Virus record (IMG/VR): IMGVR_UViG_3300009424_000011
Span: 32,805-96,804 of that record
DNA from: a virus
Lineage: Duplodnaviria > Caudoviricetes
Direction: 5' to 3' (one strand)
DNA: 64,000 bases
Part shown: piece after piece, positions 40,788 through 50,564 of the stretch
Position numbering within the stretch: the stretch's first letter is position 1
Layout of the letters: every line of letters starts with the position of its first letter
The notes under the pieces: generated by a model
What the model saw: only the letters and a program-made list of their open reading frames with translations
Database searches by the model: none
What the model was told of the DNA's origin: nothing
Translations under genes and position numbers: made by a program

Positions 40788-42581
40788 TTACAGTGCAGTA
40801 ATCGGAGCGGTGGACGAGAAGCGATCGATCTGCACCATGCAGGCCGTGGTCGCGTCGCGGAAGGCGCTGAACTCCAGCGACTCCATGACATCCTGATCGA
40901 GGCCGCCCGGTGCGATCGGATCGCTGGTGACCTTGAATGCTGGGATGGTGAAGTAGTAGGTGTTCTTGTCCTGATCGATGATCGGGAAGGTGAGGCTGAC
41001 CGTCTCGTGGTTGATGAAGCGATCATACATTTCACCGTCGGCGAAGTAGGCTTCGATCGTGCCAGTGAGGTTCAGACGGCCAGCAGCGATGCCGACCGGG
41101 AACTTCGAGCCGATGGCCTGCTGGTTGCGCAGGTTGCCTTCGATCGAGAACTGGATCGAGTTGATCGCGGTTGCCTGTTCGACACCGTTCACGGTCAGAG
41201 CGCCGACGTTCGCAGTCGCCGAAACGACTTCGGTTGCCGGGGCTTCGAGCGCGGTATAAGCAGCGCCAGTCAGCTTCTCGGTCGAGGCGCGCTTGGTAGC
41301 GCGGCCCATGAGAGTGGACTGACCGGTGACGATCGAGCCGGCAGCGACTTCCATTTCGATACCACCGCAACGCAGGCCGTCCACGGTGAAGAACTGGCTC
41401 ACGTCTTGGAAGCCGGTTTCGATCGATGCCGATTGCGGCGTAATGTCGGCGCTGTTGCCCGGATTGCGGAGCATCGAGCCCTTGATCGTGATCGGGCCAC
41501 CAGCAGCGATTGCCGGGACAGCGCGATCCAGAACGAGGGTGTCATCGGTCAGCGAAACGATGGTGTAGAAGCCGCCGTCCGTTGCCGAGCCACCAGTGAA
41601 GTCAACAACCGCGAGGGTTGCCGCGTCTTCGGTCAGGACGCCGCCGACCTTGAGGAGGTTGCGAACCGTAACGACGCCCAGTGCCGAAGTGGCCGAGAGA
41701 GCAACGGTTCCGGTCGGGCGCAGCGCGTTGATTGCAGCCGCCAGATTGGTTGCGGTTTCGGTGTCGTCCGCGCCGATGTCGAAATCGAGGTCGGCTTCCA
41801 GAGTAACGGTATCAACGCCGTCAGACAGCGTGACAGTATCACCGGCGACAACAGTGTTGGCCGTGATGGTTCCGGTCTCGTAGCCGATGCCTTCGACGAA
41901 GATGCGCTGACCGGTCTTCAACTGACCAGCAGCGATCGCAGCAGCAAACGGGTTAGCGCCTTCACCGTCGATGGTGTTCGGCGAGTTACCGAAACGAAGG
42001 GTGGTCGCACGCAGGATGATGACATCGTTTGCGTCGGCGACAGTTGTGTTCGGAGAACCGGCTTCAACCACCAGCGAAGTGCCAGTGACCACGATGTCGG
42101 TGTTTCCACCCGCGAACGCGACGCTGCTGATCTGGAGATAGTCGTTGTTCGACGGGTTCACGAAACCGCTGGTCTTGATACGACGGCCGACAGTGAAGTA
42201 GGCTGCCACATCAGCGCCGCTGATGCGGACGGTGTTGTTGGCTGTGATCGAGACAGTCTTACCACGGAACACGTCCCAGTCCATCGGACGCGACCACGCA
42301 CCCATGAGGGTGCGTTGGAAGTCGAGGTCGGTCGTGCCGGCTGCAAATTCCCAAGCGATCTCGCCGCCCGACATTGCAGCGGTTTCGATGACCGAGGAGA
42401 TCATGCGGTCGTCCCGGATTTCCTCCGACTCAACGGTCTCCTTCGAGGCCGTGATCGAGGACGTGCGGAAACGACGGGCGCGGGTAACACCTGCTGCCGG
42501 GGTCTCGCCCCACGCGTTGTTGGATTCGATGATCTCGCGGAGCGAAGCGCGGTTGCTATCGGCGAGCAGCTTGTTTGCCAT
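40788..42581 (-). CDS. major tail tube protein (with inserted Ig-like/extra domain)
   Basis: ESEEIRDDR...GGEIAWE, SIETGF.DV.QF...G, I.G.IEAYF...YD.F pattern of phage tail tubes. Confidence 0.85.
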   Translation of the reverse strand: MANKLLADSNRASLREIIESNNAWGETPAAGVTRARRFRTSSITASKETVESEEIRDDRMISSVIETAAMSGGEIAWEFAAGTTDLDFQRTLMGAWSRPMDWDVFRGKTVSITANNTVRISGADVAAYFTVGRRIKTSGFVNPSNNDYLQISSVAFAGGNTDIVVTGTSLVVEAGSPNTTVADANDVIILRATTLRFGNSPNTIDGEGANPFAAAIAAGQLKTGQRIFVEGIGYETGTITANTVVAGDTVTLSDGVDTVTLEADLDFDIGADDTETATNLAAAINALRPTGTVALSATSALGVVTVRNLLKVGGVLTEDAATLAVVDFTGGSATDGGFYTIVSLTDDTLVLDRAVPAIAAGGPITIKGSMLRNPGNSADITPQSASIETGFQDVSQFFTVDGLRCGGIEMEVAAGSIVTGQSTLMGRATKRASTEKLTGAAYTALEAPATEVVSATANVGALTVNGVEQATAINSIQFSIEGNLRNQQAIGSKFPVGIAAGRLNLTGTIEAYFADGEMYDRFINHETVSLTFPIIDQDKNTYYFTIPAFKVTSDPIAPGGLDQDVMESLEFSAFRDATTACMVQIDRFSSTAPITAL

Positions 42582-42661
42582 TTTGGAATTGCCCTTCTCA
42601 GTTATGGTGGAGTGATGCGTCTAAACGCAGCCCCATCCAAAGGGGCGGAATTAAGACGCCA

Positions 42662-42725
42662 ATGGTAAACGAAAATGGTTAACGTGTCAAGCGAGAATGT
42701 CGTTCACGCAGCCATAATGTCGGTG
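42662..42725 (-). promoter_or_regulatory. tail tube promoter with two upstream boxes and a TTAACCAT in the spacer
   Basis: CACCGACATT...GAACGACATT-CTCGC-TTGACA-CGTTAACCATTTTCGTT-TACCAT. Confidence 0.6.
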
Positions 42726-42735
42726 TTGCCTAAAA

Positions 42736-43176
42736 TTATTCGCTGATCTGGACAGTCTCAATTGAATCCCGCTGGAAACTCACCCGAACCACATAGCATT
42801 CCCAACCCACTTTGGTTTCCGGGTTGTAGTCTTGGAGGACACCGAACTTGTAGCTGGATTGCTCAGCGTCACGCCCGAGTTTGAACTGGAAGATTTCCTT
42901 GAACACATCCTGAGCAAGGGCGGCCTTCTTAGTCCCCTTGTCCTTGGGGATGTAAACCGTAAGCTGCACCATACCGACGTAGCGGACTCTGATACGTCCC
43001 TTACCTTCACCCCCGACGATGATGGGCTTTGGCCCTGACATGATGTGAAACTCACCATAGATGTCATTGACTGGGATGTTGAACTGGTGATTGGGATAAG
43101 AGATCGGGAATCCCAGTTCGTCGGCCCGAGCCTTCATCTTGTTGGTCAGATAGACCCGCTCTGCTTCTTTACTCAC
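42736..43176 (-). CDS. tail terminator-like protein
   Basis: Position before the tail tube; YPN..F..P...G.VQLTVY.PK..G pattern. Confidence 0.7.
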   Translation of the reverse strand: MSKEAERVYLTNKMKARADELGFPISYPNHQFNIPVNDIYGEFHIMSGPKPIIVGGEGKGRIRVRYVGMVQLTVYIPKDKGTKKAALAQDVFKEIFQFKLGRDAEQSSYKFGVLQDYNPETKVGWECYVVRVSFQRDSIETVQISE

Positions 43177-43667
43177 CTGAGTATTCCTTGTGCTTTGATC
43201 AGCGCGTTGAAGTAGGCTTCGGTGACGCCGAACATTCCGCGAGGCGAACGTGATTTGAAAGGCGGGCCCGGTAGGATACCCATTTCAAGTCCCACGATGT
43301 CCGGAGAATTGTTGGTCAGGTAGATCACCCCGAACGGATTGCTCATCAACCCAAGGGTGTTCATGCTTTCGGCGGCCGCTGCTTCGTTCACACCACGCCG
43401 GGGTTCGGTCCCCAAGGCCATCTGGTTGGTGCGGCCGGGATCGCCATTATTGATCGCTTGATAAACAACCGGGTTTGGGTTGTTGATCGACCAGATATAA
43501 TTGCGAACTGCTTGACCGGTGTTGACCGGGGTCAGCGCCTTGATGTGATGGTCGATTTCTTCCACCAGATTCTGGATGTTCTGAGCGAACTTCCGTTCCA
43601 GCGCTTCGATCGATGCCATTGCTGCTGCATGGGCCTGCTGCCGGCCTTCGAGACGTGCGCCGGCCAT
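43173..43667 (-). CDS. tail completion / neck protein (HK97 gp10-like)
   Basis: TPVNTG..VRN...S...IYLTNN.P.I..LE.G...S...P.GM pattern. Confidence 0.75.
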   Translation of the reverse strand: MAGARLEGRQQAHAAAMASIEALERKFAQNIQNLVEEIDHHIKALTPVNTGQAVRNYIWSINNPNPVVYQAINNGDPGRTNQMALGTEPRRGVNEAAAAESMNTLGLMSNPFGVIYLTNNSPDIVGLEMGILPGPPFKSRSPRGMFGVTEAYFNALIKAQGILR

Positions 43668-43668
43668 A

Positions 43669-44052
43669 TTAGGTCCGATAGATGAAAACCAGCCACACCG
43701 ATCCGCCCGGAACGCCGACGACCTTGCGGACATCCCATTCCTCGCCGTTTGCCCGGATCACCTTATCGGTGTCAGCTTGCGGCTCTGCTGGAAGTAGTGG
43801 ACCGGCGATCACCAGCTTGACATCAGCCATGACCACCTTGTGGTTCTTCATGTCGTCAAATGTCGGCTTGGCGACCAGAGCAATGACATCCGGAACGTCG
43901 TTGAACTGCGGCACTGCCGTATCTTCCTCAACATCGAATACACCGTCGGCGACGAAATACTTCATCGTGATGGACTCTGTGAGACCACCCGGTGCTAGGA
44001 TGTTGGTGAACGCATTGGTCACCTGCTGCTTGATGATGTCGTTGAGTGCCAT
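43669..44052 (-). CDS. head closure / head-tail joining protein
   Basis: Position and size in the head-completion block. Confidence 0.65.
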   Translation of the reverse strand: MALNDIIKQQVTNAFTNILAPGGLTESITMKYFVADGVFDVEEDTAVPQFNDVPDVIALVAKPTFDDMKNHKVVMADVKLVIAGPLLPAEPQADTDKVIRANGEEWDVRKVVGVPGGSVWLVFIYRT

Positions 44053-44055
44053 GAC

Positions 44056-44565
44056 TTAGTGCTTGATGATCTTCTTGGGCCCACCACGGCCGAACGACAT
44101 AAAGCCGAGTCCGTAAAGGATTTTCGAAAGGTTGGGCGGGAAGCGTTCGGCATCGAGGCGGGCGTCGAACTTGATCATAACCACATCGACTTGTAGCGCC
44201 GTGATGTTCGATCCGGTGTTTGCGGTCTCAGGGTCACCGGCCAGAAGATGGTCGGCAAGCTCAGCCGTAGCAACCTTGACAGCCAACGGCACAACGTTGT
44301 CTTCGATCAAGAGGCCTTCGCGATCTTTGACCATGACGCGAGGCCATGCCCGGCCGCTGGTGGGGTGGGTCTTTTTACCGAACCACTTGACGCGTTCATC
44401 AAGGATGCGGCTGGCCCATTGGATCAGCTTTTCCTTGGTCTCCACATCAACGATAAGGCTCCACTGTGAGTGGATGTTGACACCCAGAATTTCATCGACC
44501 TCTTCGACCGATGCATAGGCATTCGCGGTGACCACACCGGTGCCATCTTCAACTACGAGTGCCAT
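44056..44565 (-). CDS. head-tail adaptor (DnaT-like family)
   Basis: MALVVEDGTG...ANAYASV...W.G......Q/G.AWPR...VP..VK.A..ELA. Confidence 0.8.
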   Translation of the reverse strand: MALVVEDGTGVVTANAYASVEEVDEILGVNIHSQWSLIVDVETKEKLIQWASRILDERVKWFGKKTHPTSGRAWPRVMVKDREGLLIEDNVVPLAVKVATAELADHLLAGDPETANTGSNITALQVDVVMIKFDARLDAERFPPNLSKILYGLGFMSFGRGGPKKIIKH

Positions 44566-44974
44566 GGGTTGCTCCTGCTTGTTTATTCCGGTAAACCCCG
44601 TCGCCATTCATCTTGGTTTTCAATCGATGACAATTTGCGCACAAGGTTTGTAGGTTTTTGGGATCATGGTTGTTATGATCTCCATCAATATGATCCACAT
44701 CGAGTTGACAGGGGTCTTGTGGTATAAAACCACATTCCTCGCACTTGTCCTTTTTGTGGCTTCTGTAACTACTTCTTTTCCAATTTTCCCAGTATCTTTC
44801 TGGGCGCTTGCTTGGCTTCTTTTGTGGATTTCTTTGGTGAGTGCATTTTCCGCATAAGGATGAAAATTTAGTTTTTCCATCTGCTCTTTTACCAGCGCTT
44901 CTTTGAGGTTTTTCACCACATTCGATACAGATACCACGGACTGTGTTGGGTTCTGGTTTTAGGTGCTTTCCCAT
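44549..44974 (-). CDS. HNH endonuclease
   Basis: CEECGF...QLDVDHIDGDHNNHDPKNLQTLCANCHRLKT; AT-richer than its neighbours. Confidence 0.9.
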   Translation of the reverse strand: MGKHLKPEPNTVRGICIECGEKPQRSAGKRADGKTKFSSLCGKCTHQRNPQKKPSKRPERYWENWKRSSYRSHKKDKCEECGFIPQDPCQLDVDHIDGDHNNHDPKNLQTLCANCHRLKTKMNGDGVYRNKQAGATHGTRS

Positions 44975-45056
44975 GAGAAAGTCCTTGAAAAGGAAAGGGC
45001 TTGGCAAGCTAATTGCCTGCCAAGCCCGGAGCCGCCTTAGCGGTATTGATTGTTGA

Positions 45057-45539
45057 TTATTCGCCCGTTGCGAGTTCGATTGCCTTGGCAACGAGGCCGT
45101 CGCGACCTGCCTTGTGGTGGGGCTTGAAGTCAGGGAAAGCGCCTGCCAGATAGACCACCACATCTTCACGATCGGTCATTCCAGCGAACTGCTCTTCGGT
45201 TGTGAAGATGACCGGATCGGTCAATACATCTTCTTGTTCCGATCCCGGCGTTTCGCCGCTGGTGCTGCCTTCTGTCCCTTCGCCTTCGCCATCTTCGGTT
45301 TCACCGGTGGCATCAGCTTGCCCGCTTCCTTCGCTGTCAGCTTCGGCATGGGTTTCTTCCTTGGTTTCGACCGGTGTTTCGGTCTTGATCTCAGCGGGCT
45401 TTTCAGCCTTGACCGGCGGAACAGTCAGCGGCGACATCGACCAGCCACGGTGGCTGCAAAGGTCGCGTGCGTTCACACGGCTCATTTCGAACGGTTCGCC
45501 CTCAGGGCTGTAGACCGTCACGGTGTTCGGGTTCTGCAT
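45057..45539 (-). CDS. hypothetical head-module protein with an acidic low-complexity linker
   Basis: AGGAG RBS; 160 aa. Confidence 0.7.
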   Translation of the reverse strand: MQNPNTVTVYSPEGEPFEMSRVNARDLCSHRGWSMSPLTVPPVKAEKPAEIKTETPVETKEETHAEADSEGSGQADATGETEDGEGEGTEGSTSGETPGSEQEDVLTDPVIFTTEEQFAGMTDREDVVVYLAGAFPDFKPHHKAGRDGLVAKAIELATGE

Positions 45540-45567
45540 GGGTTACTCCTAAGTCTGGGTCGGGCCG

Positions 45568-45592
45568 AAAAGGGCCGGTGTTACCCGGCCCT
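45568..45592 (-). terminator. intrinsic terminator after the capsid decoration gene
   Basis: AGGGCCGG-N6-CCGGCCCT followed by TTT on the - strand. Confidence 0.6.
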
Positions 45593-45599
45593 CTAAGAC

Positions 45600-46043
45600 T
45601 TAGCGGATGATCGCGCCGCCGATGAAGGCAACGAAGTCGATCGACGGTGCAACGCCGGTCACGTCAACGGCGATACGCAGAGCAGCAGCGTCGGGAACCG
45701 ACTTGCGGACAGTATCGATGTCAACGAGGAAGACGTGCTGGCCGGTTTCGAGGACCGTGATGGTCCCGACCACAGTCGAGGTTGCGAAGCCAACCGGGCC
45801 TGCCACGAGGTTGAGAACATACTCTTCATCGGCACCGGCGGTGGCGAGAGCGTTGACGTTCACGACGATCGCGAAGGTGCTGTCGGCGAGTTCGTTGTTG
45901 TCGTTCCAGTAACCGTCGAGGGTGTCGAGAACGATTGCAGCAGTGTTGCCGTCTGCGGTCAGCGGGGCAGCGGCAGCGTCACGGAAAGTGATCGACGGTG
46001 CAGCATCCAGCATATACTTGAAGTTGGACTTGAGCTTTGCCAT
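45600..46043 (-). CDS. putative capsid decoration / minor capsid protein
   Basis: Directly downstream of the major capsid gene; beta-rich; strong RBS. Confidence 0.6.
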   Translation of the reverse strand: MAKLKSNFKYMLDAAPSITFRDAAAAPLTADGNTAAIVLDTLDGYWNDNNELADSTFAIVVNVNALATAGADEEYVLNLVAGPVGFATSTVVGTITVLETGQHVFLVDIDTVRKSVPDAAALRIAVDVTGVAPSIDFVAFIGGAIIR

Positions 46044-46117
46044 TTGAATGACTCCTGAGGTAGGTTTGGTGGAGGAGGGTCAGTGGGGAAGTCCGAAGAC
46101 CTCCCCCACCTACCAAC

Positions 46118-47044
46118 TTAGCGAACGATCGCCGCGTTGGTGATGCCCCAGATGCGGGCCACTGCCTTGCCGTGCATGACGGCCATGGCAATCAGCCACT
46201 CGACGCGGGTGCGGTAAACCGGCATTGCGTCGATCTCGCCCAGATCGCGGACATCCATGATGCCGTTCTGGAGGCCGACGATCTTGCCGTCGCCCATGCT
46301 CACGACATAGACGGACTGGCTGACTGCACCACCGGCCGGGCCGGCTTCGTTGAAGTCGATGATCTTCTCGCCCTTGTCGTCGTCCTCAGTGATGAGGATC
46401 GGCAGGTCGTTGTAGAAGCCAACGCGACGGCCGAAGTCGTCCTTCGACCACTGGAGGTCACCGCCGACATCCTTGTCCTTTGCGGCCTGCGAGAGCAGGT
46501 TGCGCATACGCTTGGACATGATGATGTGGGTCGGATTGTCCACACGGTCGATCGCTTCGTCGAGCGTTGCGAGGCTCAGCGGGCCGTTTGCGGCCGGGCT
46601 GTCTTCGTCGGCTGCCAGAAGCTGGTAACCATTGACGCGGGCACGCAGACCATCGAACGAAACGCCATCGCTGGAGTCGCCGTTGATGAAGGCTGCGGTG
46701 ATCTTGGCACCCATTGCCTTGACCTGCATCGCTTCCTGACGGGTGCGAACACCGATGCCGTGCGTCTTGACGAGCGCGGTATCGACATCCAGTTCACCAC
46801 CGGCGATGCGGAGGGTTTCGGACTGCGGGTTGATCACGCCGATCGACGCGTCATAGCCTTGGTTGTAACCACGGAACCCGACGCTCGGCAGCTTCGCTTC
46901 CTGAGCGTAGCTATACGAGTTACCCGGAATATCCATGAGGGGCAGAGCGGCCATGAGATCGGTCGAGCCAGCGAACATCTCGATGATCGCCTGACGCTTG
47001 AGATCACCATCGACGAGCTTGGATGCCTCGTGCAGAGTGAGCAT
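46118..47044 (-). CDS. major capsid protein (HK97 fold)
   Basis: MLTL.EA.K...IIE.F...L...LP...LP..GFR..N..Y...GG..DVD...FDGL...RTRVEW pattern; AGGAG RBS. Confidence 0.88.
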   Translation of the reverse strand: MLTLHEASKLVDGDLKRQAIIEMFAGSTDLMAALPLMDIPGNSYSYAQEAKLPSVGFRGYNQGYDASIGVINPQSETLRIAGGELDVDTALVKTHGIGVRTRQEAMQVKAMGAKITAAFINGDSSDGVSFDGLRARVNGYQLLAADEDSPAANGPLSLATLDEAIDRVDNPTHIIMSKRMRNLLSQAAKDKDVGGDLQWSKDDFGRRVGFYNDLPILITEDDDKGEKIIDFNEAGPAGGAVSQSVYVVSMGDGKIVGLQNGIMDVRDLGEIDAMPVYRTRVEWLIAMAVMHGKAVARIWGITNAAIVR

Positions 47045-47169
47045 ATTGAAAAACTCCTAGAGAGTGGTGGTTGGTCGTCGGTAGCCTGAGGGGTTGATTG
47101 ACTAACCCCGACAGGCTACCAAAGCCGGGGTGATCTCGTGGAACTGACGACCGACCGAAGCCGTTAACC

Positions 47170-47958
47170 TTAACGACCCTTGTTGCCGTTGGTCTTGTTC
47201 GCCAGTTCAAGGCGTTGCATGGGCGAAAGCTGGGCGATCTGAGCAGCGGTCATGCCGCCAATCTTCTCTTCCTTGCCACCAGCAGCGCCGCCGCCGGTAT
47301 TGCCCTTGAAGTAGTGGGGCGCTTCGTCGCGGAGCTTGATGAGCCATTCGGAAACGCTCATCGGGCTTGCGCCGTCGCTGCCGTAAATCACGCTTTCGCC
47401 GCGCTTCGGAACCAGTTGTCCGTCCTCGATCTTGAAGAGACCGTAGGCACGCTGGAGAATGTCCGGCAGGGCCTGAGGCTGGACACCACTTTCCGGCACG
47501 ATGACGGCCGCTGTGACTTCCTTGTCGATAACAGTGCGGTTCAGTCGCTCGGTGAGCGTCTGGGCCTTCTGCTGGTATTCGGTCAGTTCCTTGCGGAGCG
47601 CCTTCGAGTTTTCGTCGTAGCCATCCCGGAGAACCTTGATGCGGTCCTGAACCGCAGATTCGATCTGGTCGTCGGTCTTGAGTTCCCCGTCCTTCACCCG
47701 CTGGGCGATGTCGCGGAGACCGTTGAGGTCATTGACGAAGGCATCGAGGTCTTCGCCGGCGATTTCCTGAACACGGGCGAGGGTCGGAGTGACCGCTTCG
47801 AGCCGCTTGCTCAGGTCGATATTCTTTTCACGAAACTCGACGAGCTTCTGGTTGGGGACGACATTGACGGCGAACTTGCCGGACTCTTCGTCAGCCTTGG
47901 CATACTCGCGGAGTTCCGCCGGAACTTCTTCGAGGGTGTTGAAATTGATAATGGGCAT
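47170..47958 (-). CDS. capsid scaffolding protein
   Basis: Coiled coil; LEEVP...Y...G.F...EFR..NI.L and APHYF...GGGA.G pattern; directly upstream of the capsid gene. Confidence 0.75.
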   Translation of the reverse strand: MPIINFNTLEEVPAELREYAKADEESGKFAVNVVPNQKLVEFREKNIDLSKRLEAVTPTLARVQEIAGEDLDAFVNDLNGLRDIAQRVKDGELKTDDQIESAVQDRIKVLRDGYDENSKALRKELTEYQQKAQTLTERLNRTVIDKEVTAAVIVPESGVQPQALPDILQRAYGLFKIEDGQLVPKRGESVIYGSDGASPMSVSEWLIKLRDEAPHYFKGNTGGGAAGGKEEKIGGMTAAQIAQLSPMQRLELANKTNGNKGR

Positions 47959-48190
47959 TGGAAATCCTCACCGAGGGTTCTGGAGATGAACGCGTCTCAC
48001 ATCGCGACCTCCGGACCCTCCAGAGGATTTCCAGAACAAGAAGGCTGACTGCCGGCGCACCGACGCGTTACTTCTTGTTCCGAACCTTGGGGGATTGGGT
48101 AGAGGCTCCCCCGGAGCCATGTTTGTGGGAAAATGGAAGAAGCGGTTGATCCGGACCCCGGTAAACGCTTTCAATTCCAATATGCCGACA

Positions 48191-48234
48191 AGGATACGAG
48201 ATTTTCCATGCACTGTCAAGCTAAAATGGCGGTG
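48191..48234 (-). promoter_or_regulatory. head operon promoter with upstream CACCGCCATT box
   Basis: CACCGCCATT-TTAGC-TTGACA-N17-TATCCT. Confidence 0.7.
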
Positions 48235-48248
48235 ATGGAATAAAAAAG

Positions 48249-48425
48249 TTACTTTTTTGCCTTCTTCCGTTTCTTCCTAGGTTTTGGAGGGCCTAGTTCT
48301 TCGGCTATGGCACGTTCAATATCATCCAAATCTTCCCCGTATGGGAACCCGGACTCTCCATCATCATCGAACAAAGAATTGAACTGGCCGCGATCCAAGT
48401 GGATGTCGTAGTCCGGGTTACTCAT
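48249..48425 (-). CDS. small protein, acidic N-terminus and basic C-terminus (58 aa, not in the ORF track)
   Basis: MSNPDYDIHLDRGQFNSLFDDDGESG...PPKPRKKRKKAKK. Confidence 0.55.
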   Translation of the reverse strand: MSNPDYDIHLDRGQFNSLFDDDGESGFPYGEDLDDIERAIAEELGPPKPRKKRKKAKK

Positions 48426-48428
48426 AGG

Positions 48429-50195
48429 TTACGCCTTTGGTGCCGGCTTTGGCGCTGGTGCCGGGGCGTCTTTTTGCATTGCTTGCTTTGCGGTCGCTGG
48501 GACAGGAGCGATCTTCGGCTGTTCCTTGGCAACCTTCTCGGCGGACTTGCGGGCCTGTTCGGCAATCGCTTCGTCCGATTCCAGTTCGCTGTCGAGGCGG
48601 CCGGTTTCGTTGTCGTCGAGATCGCGAGCCAGTTCGTCGGCGCGCTGGGTCCGGGCATCCGGGAACCCTTCCTTGCGGCTGGCGAAGTCCGGGTTGTTCG
48701 GGAACTGGGCCTGATCTTCCAGCATCTTGGTGAAGGTTTCCAGAGTCACATACTCCGGGATAACATCCGCCTTGAGGAAGTATTCATAGATGATCTCGAT
48801 GCCGATGAGCCCGGCCTGATACATCATCGTGATGGCGCGGAACTCACGGGCGGCGGCCTGATCGAGCAGGAAGTCTTGGTTGACGCGGAACTCCAGACCT
48901 TCTGAGCGCTCGTTCATCCAGTTACCGAGGATGATCAGAAGCTCAGTGAAGTTCTCGTTGAGGACCGTGGTGACGTTGAGGAGCAAGGATGCTTCGTTGC
49001 GATCCTTGAGCTTGACCTGATTGTCCGACTGGCCGGCGGTCGATGAGTCTCCCAGCAAACGCCCACCCAGCGAAGCGACTTGCGTCTCCTTCTGCTGCAA
49101 GGCATTCTCAAGGCTCTTCATACCAGAGCCGTTGAACTCGATGATACCAGCCTTCTCGCCGTTTCCGATTTCCCAGACGACCGAGGGGCCGATGTGGTAT
49201 TCGTCGTCTTCCTGTCCGCCCGACACATAGTAGACCGGGTTGGCAGTGTAGAAGCGGCCATGCTCAAGCTGAGCGTAGCTCTTGTAGTGCGAGAGGTTGA
49301 GGGTGAGGATGTCGAGGATCGGCGGTTTTTCGATGTCGCCGAGATTGGTCGTGGCATTGAAGAAGCGGAACGGGATGCGCTTCATTGGGACGCCGAATAC
49401 CATCGGGGTCGTGATGATCGGCTCTTCCGAAAGATCGGCATCGGCCGAACCACGGGCGTAGAGTTCCTGCCGGTATTCCCAGCGATTATCCATGTCGTTG
49501 TAGACCAGACGCAGGACGCGGTAGACAGTGAACAACTGCCCGTAGGTGGCATTCGGCACCACTTGATCGGCAACCATTTCGAAGAAGCGGCGATCGACGC
49601 TGAACTCTCGCAGGAGAATGTAGTCGAACTCGTCGCGTCCTTCGATCTCGGTCGTCGTCCAGTCCAAGATGTTCTCGCAGGTGTAGCCGGCGAGGTAAGG
49701 CTTGGCGGTCACGCTGTTGGCGTCATCAGTCTTGTCAACCAGAACGCCGTAGCGTCCGGTCGAAAGCATTTCCTGAGTGATGACCTTGGCGAACAGCTTG
49801 AGGGACAGACCGTCCTTGGAGATGCGCTTCGAAAGCTCACGGACCTTGGGACCAGCCTTCATCAGGCGCGGGTCACGCCGATAGATCGCACCGGTAAGGC
49901 CGGTGACGGTGCGGTAAACCATGTTGTAGAAAACAGCGCGATCGAGGTAGGCCGAATACTGGCTCTCGTCCATGCCTTCCGGCTGGGGTAGATATTCGGT
50001 GCCGTGCTTCTTGATCTCTACTTCACCGATCATGGCGTGACGGATCGCCAGCCAGATCAAGCGCCAGTTGGCATAGTCCCAGTTCGCGAAGAGCGGGACA
50101 TTCTCCATCATCTGCTGCTTCGACTGACGCGTAGCATAGAGCGCCTGTCGCTGAGCGAAGGTGCGGGCTTGCCGCTTTGTGATTTTATCAGCCAA
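48429..50195 (-). CDS. portal protein (DUF4055-type)
   Basis: YLP......Y..YL.RA.FYN...RT..GL.G, GRYGVLVD, IPF.F and PP.LD...LNL.HY..A motifs. Start uncertain (TTG 50195 or ATG about 50112). Confidence 0.88.
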   Translation of the reverse strand: MADKITKRQARTFAQRQALYATRQSKQQMMENVPLFANWDYANWRLIWLAIRHAMIGEVEIKKHGTEYLPQPEGMDESQYSAYLDRAVFYNMVYRTVTGLTGAIYRRDPRLMKAGPKVRELSKRISKDGLSLKLFAKVITQEMLSTGRYGVLVDKTDDANSVTAKPYLAGYTCENILDWTTTEIEGRDEFDYILLREFSVDRRFFEMVADQVVPNATYGQLFTVYRVLRLVYNDMDNRWEYRQELYARGSADADLSEEPIITTPMVFGVPMKRIPFRFFNATTNLGDIEKPPILDILTLNLSHYKSYAQLEHGRFYTANPVYYVSGGQEDDEYHIGPSVVWEIGNGEKAGIIEFNGSGMKSLENALQQKETQVASLGGRLLGDSSTAGQSDNQVKLKDRNEASLLLNVTTVLNENFTELLIILGNWMNERSEGLEFRVNQDFLLDQAAAREFRAITMMYQAGLIGIEIIYEYFLKADVIPEYVTLETFTKMLEDQAQFPNNPDFASRKEGFPDARTQRADELARDLDDNETGRLDSELESDEAIAEQARKSAEKVAKEQPKIAPVPATAKQAMQKDAPAPAPKPAPKA

Positions 50196-50558
50196 GGAGA
50201 AGAACTTCCGGGAAAAGGACCCTCTCGATCCGAGGAGCGAGGGGGCCAGTCTGGGAGGAGACAGGCCGATGACGGGGCCAACCGCCGGCCGAAGCCGGTA
50301 TCTGAAACAATCCCCGCGCTTCGAGCGGTCTTGTAAGACCTACCACGCGTGAGAAGGGGCTTACCCATCTGGCCCCACTGGAACCGGGCTCACCTACCAC
50401 ATCAAGCACTTCGGTAAATGACAGTCCGCCTTTTCGATCGCAGATTGGTCCGTCTCGGGGTTCGGTCCGACCAAGGACTTACTACCTCCAACTCGCCTCC
50501 CCGTGGTCTCGATCTTACAACGAGATGTCGCCTAGGCGCGTGATGCTACATTTGATTT
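50196..50558 (-). ncRNA. candidate large structured RNA / 5' leader upstream of the portal gene
   Basis: Own promoter, no convincing ORF, many hairpins including a cUUCGg loop, and two loop-mediated long-range complementarities. Confidence 0.45.
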
Positions 50559-50564
50559 GATGTA

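Noticed and set aside
50196-50558. tmRNA, RNase P RNA, or group I/II intron
   Set aside because: No tRNA-like ends or tag ORF, no RNase P P4 consensus, no GUGYG start or domain V, and no interrupted gene. Kept only as an unclassified structured RNA candidate.
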